Below are positions 46,401 through 53,411 of a stretch of 53,411 nucleotides of DNA, one piece after another. The notes below the pieces were generated by a model. That model saw only the letters and a program-made list of their open reading frames with translations, ran no database searches and was not told where the DNA came from. Numbering within the stretch: position 1 is the first letter of the stretch; every line of letters begins with the position of its first letter. The stretch spans positions 1 through 53,411 of the forward strand of contig JAQVMU010000003.1 of NCBI GenBank assembly GCA_028703475.1, written 5' to 3'. Source of the stretch: Atribacterota bacterium (lineage in GTDB: Bacteria > Atribacterota > Phoenicimicrobiia > Phoenicimicrobiales > Stramentimicrobiaceae). Both the position numbers and the translations under genes were made by a program.

Positions 46401-48875
46401 ATGTTTAAAAGATATACAGAAAAAGTAAGAAAAGTAATTATGATGGCACAGGAAGAAGCTGTAAATCTTAATCATAATTATATTGGAACCGAGCATATAT
46501 TGGTAGGTCTTGTAAAAGAGAATGAGGGGCTTGCCGGTAAAGTATTAAGAGAACTTGGGGTAGAACCTGAAAAGGTTATTGAAGCAATTGAAAAGATAGT
46601 GGGAAAAGGAGAATACCAGGAAGTTAGTGAGATTACATTTACACCGAGAGCAAAAAAAGTATTAGAGTTAGCTTCACAAGAAGCAAGCCAGTTAGGGCAG
46701 AATTACATTGGCACCGAACATATTCTTTTAGGTCTAATTAAAGAGGGAAGCGGAGTTGCTACTAGAATTCTAAATGATATGGGAATCGACCTGGAAAATG
46801 TTTACTCACAAGTTATGAAGGTGTTAATGGAAAACGGGCAATCAGAGCCAACAGTGGCTAATAGTATTACTCGTAAGGATAGTAAGGTTCCCACTCTGGA
46901 TGAGTTTGGAAGAGATTTAACAGAATTAGCCAAAGAAGACAAGTTGGATCCGGTAGTTGGAAGGAGCAATGAGATACAAAGGGTTATACAGATATTGAGC
47001 CGTAGAAAGAAAAACAATCCTTGTTTGATTGGAGAAGCCGGAGTAGGGAAAACTGCAATTGTAGAGGGTTTAGCTCAGAAGATTGCAAATAATGATGTTC
47101 CCGAAATATTGAAAGACAAGAGGATTATCAGCTTGGACCTTGCTTTAATTGTAGCCGGAACAAAATATAGGGGTGAATTTGAAAAAAGATTAAAGAAAAT
47201 TGTAAAAGAAGTGCAGAATTCAAATGATGTTATTCTGTTTATCGATGAATTCCATACATTGGTTGGTGCGGGAGCAGCAGAAGGAGCCATTGATGCCTCA
47301 AATATTTTGAAGCCTGCCCTGGCAAGAGGTGAAATCCAAGCTATTGGTGCCACTACAACTGATGAGTATAGAAAATATATTGAGAAAGATAAAGCATTAG
47401 AAAGACGTTTTCAACCAATTAATGTACCTGAACCCACAACCGATGAAGCAGTTCAAATTTTAGCTGGATTAAGGGATAAATATGAAGCCCATCACAAGCT
47501 TACTATTACTGATGAGGCATTGGAATCTGCAGTAAAACTTGCCGCAAGGTATGTTTCAGGACGGTTTTTACCGGATAAGGCTATTGATGTTATAGATGAA
47601 GCCTCATCAAAAGTTAAACTAAAAAATACTGTCTATCCTCCTGATGTAAAAGAGGTAGAGGATGAGTTGCTTAAAATAAGAAAAGAGAAAGAAGCCTCTG
47701 TTAAACTTCAGGAATATGAGAAAGCAGCAAAATTAAGGGATAAAGAGCGTAAATGCCTGGAACGTTACAGTGAAATAAAAAAAGAGTGGGAAACAGGCAG
47801 GACAAAAGATAAAATTGAAGTAACTGTTGAAGATGTTGCAGAGGTTGTTTCCAGTTGGAGCGGTGTACCGGTCTATTCTTTAAAAGAAGAAGAGGCCAAA
47901 AAGCTTATACGGATGGAAGACGAATTGCATAAAAGGATTGTTGGACAAGATGAAGCCATTAATGCTATTTCAAGGGCAGTCAGGCGTGCCCGTGCAGGTA
48001 TGAAAGATCCAAAAAGGCCAATCGGGTCATTTATTTTCTTAGGTCCGACCGGAGTTGGAAAAACTGAATTGGCAAGAAGTCTTGCAGAATTCCTTTTTGG
48101 AGACGAAAATGCTATGATAAGTCTGGATATGTCTGAATATATGGAAAAATTTGCCGTTTCACGTTTGGTGGGCGCACCTCCCGGATATGTTGGTTATGAT
48201 GAAGGTGGGCAGTTAACTGAAAAGGTTAGAAGAAGACCTTATTCGGTAATATTGCTTGATGAAATAGAAAAGGCACATCCCGACGTATTTAATATACTTT
48301 TGCAGATATTTGAAGATGGCAGGTTAACCGATGCACAGGGAAGGGTAGTTGATTTTAAGAATACTGTAATCATAATGACCTCCAATGTGGGAGCTACTTT
48401 AATTAAAAAAGGAACATCTTTAGGATTTAGAAGTGTCACAGAACCTGTCCAAATGTCTTATAAAGATATAAAGGAAAGTGTAATGGGTGAACTTAATAAG
48501 ACTTTCAGACCGGAATTTCTAAACCGCATAGACGAAGTTATCGTATTTAAGGGACTCACTCAGAATGATATCAAAAAAATATCAGAAATATTATTGAAAG
48601 AAGTCGGAGAATTATTGGAAGAGCAAAAAATAACTTTCAATGTTAGAAAGAGTGCAAAAGACATTTTGGCAAAAGAAGGATATGATCCTAATTTTGGTGC
48701 AAGACCATTAAGAAGAACAATTGAGAGATTAATTGAAAATCCCATATCTGAAATGATACTTTCTGGAGAGTTTAAAGAAAATGACCAGATTATTATAAAG
48801 GGTAAGAAGGGGAAGATTACATTTGAAAAAGATAAGAAAAAGCATCCCGAGATTCTAAAAAGAAATAACAAATAA
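46401..48875 (+). CDS. clpC: ATP-dependent Clp protease ATPase subunit ClpC
   Basis: Double Clp-N (IGTEHIL x2), [20 protein letters not shown]-domain, [16 protein letters not shown]. Confidence 0.97.
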   Translation: MFKRYTEKVRKVIMMAQEEAVNLNHNYIGTEHILVGLVKENEGLAGKVLRELGVEPEKVIEAIEKIVGKGEYQEVSEITFTPRAKKVLELASQEASQLGQNYIGTEHILLGLIKEGSGVATRILNDMGIDLENVYSQVMKVLMENGQSEPTVANSITRKDSKVPTLDEFGRDLTELAKEDKLDPVVGRSNEIQRVIQILSRRKKNNPCLIGEAGVGKTAIVEGLAQKIANNDVPEILKDKRIISLDLALIVAGTKYRGEFEKRLKKIVKEVQNSNDVILFIDEFHTLVGAGAAEGAIDASNILKPALARGEIQAIGATTTDEYRKYIEKDKALERRFQPINVPEPTTDEAVQILAGLRDKYEAHHKLTITDEALESAVKLAARYVSGRFLPDKAIDVIDEASSKVKLKNTVYPPDVKEVEDELLKIRKEKEASVKLQEYEKAAKLRDKERKCLERYSEIKKEWETGRTKDKIEVTVEDVAEVVSSWSGVPVYSLKEEEAKKLIRMEDELHKRIVGQDEAINAISRAVRRARAGMKDPKRPIGSFIFLGPTGVGKTELARSLAEFLFGDENAMISLDMSEYMEKFAVSRLVGAPPGYVGYDEGGQLTEKVRRRPYSVILLDEIEKAHPDVFNILLQIFEDGRLTDAQGRVVDFKNTVIIMTSNVGATLIKKGTSLGFRSVTEPVQMSYKDIKESVMGELNKTFRPEFLNRIDEVIVFKGLTQNDIKKISEILLKEVGELLEEQKITFNVRKSAKDILAKEGYDPNFGARPLRRTIERLIENPISEMILSGEFKENDQIIIKGKKGKITFEKDKKKHPEILKRNNK

Positions 48876-48924
48876 ATAATGATGGTAATCAACATATTAG
48901 AATAATGAATATTATGATAAAGGT

Positions 48925-50310
48925 ATGGCAACAAAGATTACAATGAAAAACAATAGCAAAGAATATTTCAGATGTACGACTTGCAGTTATGAAACCCCAC
49001 AATGGTTAGGACGCTGTCCGAGTTGCGGGGAGTGGAATACTTTTATCCGGCAGGAAAGAAATGGTAAAGGTAAGACTAATTTAAAGAATAAAAAAGAAAA
49101 TCGAGCTCAACTTATAAATGATTTTGTAATAGATAAAGAAAATCAGCGCTATCAATCAGGGATTAGGGAGCTTGACCGGGTATTAGGAGGGGGATTGGTT
49201 TCAGGTTCTTTAATTCTCGTTGGAGGAGAACCTGGAATTGGAAAATCAACCCTTGTTCTTCAAGCAGCTGATCAGCTTTCAAAAAATATCGGGTGCACGC
49301 TTTATGTGACTGCAGAAGAATCAATAAGACAGATACATATAAGGGCAAAGAGATTATCAGTAAATGCTGAAAAATTATACTTACTCTCAGAGACGGACCT
49401 GGATCAAATAATTGAACAGATATTGTACATAAAACCAAAGGTGGCTATTATTGATTCTATACAAATTATTAATGATAATTCTATACCATCAGCTCCTGGC
49501 AGTATAAATCAGGTAAAAAACTGTACCTCCCGACTGATGGAAATAGCAAAAAAGAATAACATTGCCCTGATTATTATAGGTCATGTAACAAAAGGTGGTA
49601 TTATTGCCGGACCAAAAATACTTGAGCATATGGTGGATACAGTATTATATCTTGAAGGGGAAAGGTTTCATTCATTTAGATTATTGAGAGGAATAAAAAA
49701 CCGGTTTGGGACTACAAATGAGCTTGGAATATTTCAGATGCAAAATGAAGGACTGAAAGAAGTACTTAATCCCTCAAAAATGCTGTTATCATCGAGGAGT
49801 GAACCAATTCCCGGAACTGTCACGACTGTTACATTTGAGGGGAGCCGTCCATTGGCAATTGAAATTGAAGCCCTGGTAAGTAATTCATTTTTAACAAATC
49901 CAAGGCGTATAACTACCGGTGTTGATTATAATAGAGTATCCTTAATTATTGCAGTATTAGAAAATAAGTTAGGATTGAACTTTCAGTATAAAGATATCTA
50001 TGTAAATGCTGCAGGTGGCATCAAGGTAAGTGAGCCTGCAATTGATTTGGGAATTGGCTTAGCAATAATCAGCAGTAGCAAAGGCTTTGCTGTTGATATG
50101 GATACCGTAGTTTTTGGTGAGCTGGGACTAACAGGAGAGTTGAGAGCAGTTGGTATGTGTGAAAGAAGGGTCAAAGAGGCACAAAAAATAGGCTATAAAA
50201 AAATAATCATGCCTTCAGAAAATGCCCGGCAATCAGGTCATTTATATAAAGGGATGGATATAAAAGGTATTTCTAATGTACATGAAATATTAAATTTTAT
50301 TAAAAAATAA
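48925..50310 (+). CDS. radA: DNA repair protein RadA/Sms
   Basis: C4 zinc finger, GEPGIGKST, IDSIQ, KNRFG, Lon-like C-terminus. Start could be ATG 48943. Confidence 0.96.
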   Translation: MATKITMKNNSKEYFRCTTCSYETPQWLGRCPSCGEWNTFIRQERNGKGKTNLKNKKENRAQLINDFVIDKENQRYQSGIRELDRVLGGGLVSGSLILVGGEPGIGKSTLVLQAADQLSKNIGCTLYVTAEESIRQIHIRAKRLSVNAEKLYLLSETDLDQIIEQILYIKPKVAIIDSIQIINDNSIPSAPGSINQVKNCTSRLMEIAKKNNIALIIIGHVTKGGIIAGPKILEHMVDTVLYLEGERFHSFRLLRGIKNRFGTTNELGIFQMQNEGLKEVLNPSKMLLSSRSEPIPGTVTTVTFEGSRPLAIEIEALVSNSFLTNPRRITTGVDYNRVSLIIAVLENKLGLNFQYKDIYVNAAGGIKVSEPAIDLGIGLAIISSSKGFAVDMDTVVFGELGLTGELRAVGMCERRVKEAQKIGYKKIIMPSENARQSGHLYKGMDIKGISNVHEILNFIKK

Positions 50311-50371
50311 TATCAGAATGTTCATGAAGTAAAAGTGCATTAAAATAATCATATTATATTTTTTTCTTATT

Positions 50372-50400
50372 TTGACACTGTTTTTTTCCGATGATATAAT
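50372..50400 (+). promoter_or_regulatory. Consensus sigma70 promoter upstream of the PIN/TRAM gene
   Basis: TTGACA 50372-50377, 17-bp spacer, TG-n-TATAAT 50392-50400. Confidence 0.85.
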
Positions 50401-50480
50401 TTAGTTGCTTTTAGTGTAATGTAAACAGTTTTTTTTAATAAAAGTTAGAACTAATTCAGATGTTATTTTAAAGGTGGTGA

Positions 50481-51674
50481 ATGCCACGCCAAAAGCTTAA
50501 TATTTTTAAAAAGAATCTTATAAAATTGAATATAGGAGGTATTATTATTTTGTCAGGGCTTGTCAAAAAAATAATTTGCATTATTTTTGTTCTAATTGGG
50601 GGGATAATAGGTTATGAAATAATTCCTGACATTGAAGCCATATCATCTATCGATATACTTAGTGGCAACAGTTGGATGTTATTTTTATTTTCATTTATTA
50701 TAGGAACATTATTTGGATTTATAATATTTATACTAAGTTATAATAAGTTAGGGGTTTTAGGAAAACGTTTCTTAGCCTTTTTTTTAAAAATACCTACCCA
50801 GAATATTCTCTCCGGAGTTATTGGCTTAATTGTTGGACTTATCATTGCTAACCTGTTAGCCTACTCTTTGTCTTTTATACCTTTTATCGGAAGGTACTTA
50901 CCTATAGTATTAAATGTATCACTGGGGCTACTGGGCATGATAGTTGGGCTTCACAAGAGAGAAGAAGGTGTTAGTTTTTATAGAAAAAGTATTGAAAGAT
51001 TTAAAAAGAGGGATAAGCTACCTCAATACCAACCTAAGATATTAGATACTAGTGTTATAATTGATGGAAGAATAGCAGATATATGTGAAACAGATTTTTT
51101 GGAAGGAGAATTAATAATTCCCAGATTCGTACTGAGTGAGTTGCAAGCTATAGCAGATTCATCAGATCCTTTAAAAAGAAATAGAGGACGACGAGGTCTT
51201 GATGTACTCAATAAGATTAATAAGATACATGCAGATAAAATAAAAATAATAAGTCAGGATTATAATGACTTAAAGAGTGTTGATACTAAATTAATAAGAC
51301 TGGCAAAAGAAATGGATGCAAAGGTATTGACAAATGATTATAACTTAAATAAATTAGCACAATTAGAAAGTGTTTCTGTTCTAAATATTAATGATCTCTC
51401 TAATGCTTTAAAATCTGTTATACTGCCAGGAGAAGAATTAATTACACAAATTATTAAAGAAGGAAAAGAATCTGGCCAGGGTGTAGCTTATTTAGATGAT
51501 GGTACGATGATTGTAATAGAAAACGGTGTAAAAAATATTGGCGATAAGGTAAGGGTTACAGTAACCAGTATTTTGCAGACTCCTGCAGGTAGGATGATAT
51601 TTGGAAGAGTAAAAGAAAGAATAGCAAAGAAAAATTCCGATTCAAACTATAGCAGGAAAAACTATTATAATTAA
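50481..51674 (+). CDS. Membrane PIN/TRAM domain protein (YacL family); alternative start TTG 50550
   Basis: N-terminal TM helices; KILDTSVIIDGRI, ELQ.IADS.D.LKR.RGRRGLD, TNDYNLNK.A, GKE.GQGV.YLDDGTM, QT.AGRMIF. Confidence 0.92.
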   Translation: MPRQKLNIFKKNLIKLNIGGIIILSGLVKKIICIIFVLIGGIIGYEIIPDIEAISSIDILSGNSWMLFLFSFIIGTLFGFIIFILSYNKLGVLGKRFLAFFLKIPTQNILSGVIGLIVGLIIANLLAYSLSFIPFIGRYLPIVLNVSLGLLGMIVGLHKREEGVSFYRKSIERFKKRDKLPQYQPKILDTSVIIDGRIADICETDFLEGELIIPRFVLSELQAIADSSDPLKRNRGRRGLDVLNKINKIHADKIKIISQDYNDLKSVDTKLIRLAKEMDAKVLTNDYNLNKLAQLESVSVLNINDLSNALKSVILPGEELITQIIKEGKESGQGVAYLDDGTMIVIENGVKNIGDKVRVTVTSILQTPAGRMIFGRVKERIAKKNSDSNYSRKNYYN

Positions 51675-51749
51675 AAATATTAATTGGGATAGATAAAGTA
51701 ATAAAAAAATAATAAAATTAATATAATAAATTATAGTGAGGGAAGTTAA

Positions 51750-53177
51750 TTGGTTTTAAAAATTTATAATACATTAAGTGGTACCAAGGAAGAATTTATT
51801 CCCTTAAGAAAAGGCCATGTTGGAATTTATGTTTGTGGACCGACTGTTTATGATTTTTTTCATATAGGGAATGCAAGACCGTTTTTAATCTTTGAAGTTT
51901 TAAGAAGATATCTGAAGTTTAAAAAGTATAATGTTAAATATGTATCAAATTTTACTGACATTGATGATAAGGTAATAAAAAAAGCAAATGAATTGGGAAT
52001 GAAATTTTCAGAGGTTGCTGAAAAATATATTCAGGAATATTTTCAGGATGCTGACTGTTTGAATATTGGAAGAGCAGACATATATCCCCGGGCAACTGAA
52101 CACATCAGCGATATAATAGATTTTGTAAAGAAGTTAGAGGAAAAAGGATTTGCTTACTCTGTTGATGGTGATGTTTTTTTTGATGTTAATCGATTTGAGG
52201 AATATGGTAAATTATCAAAACAGAATTTAGAGGAAATCAGGGCAGGAGAAAGGATTCAAGTTGATGACAGAAAAAGAAATCCCTATGATTTTGTTTTGTG
52301 GAAAAAAGCAAAAGAAAATGAACCATCCTGGGACAGCCCATGGGGAAAGGGTAGACCCGGATGGCATATTGAGTGCTCGGTAATGTCTACTAAATATCTT
52401 GGAGAAAGTTTTGACATACATGCAGGTGGGGCTGATTTAATATTCCCTCATCATGAGAATGAAATTGCTCAAAGCGAAGCTCTCAGTGGGAAAATATTTG
52501 CTAAATACTGGTTGCATAATGGTTACCTGAAAATTGATAATAAAAAAATGTCAAAATCATTAGGTAATATTTTAAAGATCAGGGAACTATGCGAAAAGTA
52601 TGATGGCTCTGTTATAAGGCACTTCTTGCTTTCAGCTCATTACAGAAGTCCTTTAAATTTTTCTGAGGAACAAGTAGAACAGTCAAAGAATAGCATGGAT
52701 ACATTGATTAATATTATCTATAATTTAGAATTTTTTAAAAAGCAGGGAAGACTTACCAAAGAGATGAGGCCTGAAGATAAGGAATTATTGGATAAGAAAG
52801 TAGAAATGGAAAGCAAGTTTGTAGAAGCAATGGATGATGATTTGAATACGCCTGTGGCGTTAAGTACGCTCTTCTTATTGGCGAAGAGTGTTAATATCTA
52901 TTTAAATGATAATGAGCTGAAGAACGAAGAAATTATGAATGAAATATTAGGATTTTATAAAAAATATGGAAGTGATATTTTAGGATTAAAGTTTTCTTCT
53001 AAAAAAGAAACTAACACAATACTGGAAGACAAAGAAGTAGATAAAATGATTAGCGATAGAGAGTTAGCAAGAAAAAATAAAGAGTGGCAAAAAGCTGACA
53101 AGATTAGGGAACAACTTAAGTCAATGGGCATTATATTAGAGGATACAGCTGAAGGAATACGCTGGAAAAAAGGTTGA
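51750..53177 (+). CDS. cysS: Cysteine-tRNA ligase
   Basis: YVCGPTVY..FHIGNAR, GRPGWHIECS, DL.FPHHENE, KMSKS, AD.IR..L...GI.LED. Confidence 0.98.
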   Translation: MVLKIYNTLSGTKEEFIPLRKGHVGIYVCGPTVYDFFHIGNARPFLIFEVLRRYLKFKKYNVKYVSNFTDIDDKVIKKANELGMKFSEVAEKYIQEYFQDADCLNIGRADIYPRATEHISDIIDFVKKLEEKGFAYSVDGDVFFDVNRFEEYGKLSKQNLEEIRAGERIQVDDRKRNPYDFVLWKKAKENEPSWDSPWGKGRPGWHIECSVMSTKYLGESFDIHAGGADLIFPHHENEIAQSEALSGKIFAKYWLHNGYLKIDNKKMSKSLGNILKIRELCEKYDGSVIRHFLLSAHYRSPLNFSEEQVEQSKNSMDTLINIIYNLEFFKKQGRLTKEMRPEDKELLDKKVEMESKFVEAMDDDLNTPVALSTLFLLAKSVNIYLNDNELKNEEIMNEILGFYKKYGSDILGLKFSSKKETNTILEDKEVDKMISDRELARKNKEWQKADKIREQLKSMGIILEDTAEGIRWKKG

Positions 53178-53316
53178 TGTTGTTTAAAAAATTGTTCCAT
53201 AATTATATAATGTTATATTAAATTATTAAATATTGTAATAAAAAAAATAATAATTGTTAATATATTAAATATTTAATATAAATTATAATAATTTAAAATT
53301 ATCGGGAGATAGTGTA

Positions 53317-53411
53317 TTGGAAACATATGAAGATCAGTCTATTGTAGCTTATAAGAAATATGATGATTGCCAGCTGGTAAATATGGCAAACACTGGTGAC
53401 CAGATTGCTGA
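53317..53411 (+). CDS. Partial 5' end of a probable sigma-70 family factor (SigH-like), truncated by the window edge
   Basis: TTG 53317 after GGGAG reads LETYEDQSIVAYKKYDDCQLVNMANTGDQIA, resembling sigma region 1.2 (D..LV..A..GD..A); follows cysS as sigH does in Firmicutes. Only 31 codons are visible. Confidence 0.5.
   Translation, partial: METYEDQSIVAYKKYDDCQLVNMANTGDQIA

Noticed and set aside
51675-51749. T-box riboswitch upstream of cysS
   Set aside because: The gap is only 75 bp, almost all A/T, with no T-box consensus (AAGGTGGNACC) or terminator.
717-53200. The ~50 short (60-145 aa) antisense or alternate-frame ORFs in the track
   Set aside because: All overlap well-supported genes, lack RBSs and recognisable motifs, and are expected shadow ORFs.

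Overview
AT-rich bacterial chromosomal window, densely coding. About 44 genes are on the + strand and one (an Omp85-type outer-membrane protein) is on the - strand. Content is mostly housekeeping and cell-envelope genes arranged in Firmicutes/Clostridia-like strings: mreD-mrdA-rodA-radical SAM pair-rng-rplU-rpmA-obgE ... nadD-yqeK-LCP-rsfS, and mcsA-mcsB-clpC-radA-PIN/TRAM-cysS-sigH-like. These sit alongside diderm markers (Omp85 barrel, ExbB/ExbD). That mix suggests a deep-branching diderm such as Atribacterota/JS1, which is inference only. I found no tRNA, rRNA, CRISPR array, transposase or prophage. Best leads: (1) a four-gene TPR-exbB-exbD-'TonB-like' operon whose TonB-like protein carries DUF3048 instead of a TonB C-terminal domain; (2) a perfect 27-bp inverted-repeat doublet (REPIN-like, 75 bp) lying in frame inside the Omp85 gene; (3) a CsoR/CstR-family repressor with a Cys-Lys-Cys fingerprint and its palindromic operator at the position where ctsR normally heads mcsA-mcsB-clpC; (4) a catalytically degenerate WecA-like domain fused to TagA/WecG, next to an intact WecA/TagO; (5) several families of intergenic micro-repeats; (6) a probable CTG start codon, and an Asp-for-Asn PNP next to mtnA. 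All family assignments come from motif recognition by eye; no database searches were run.
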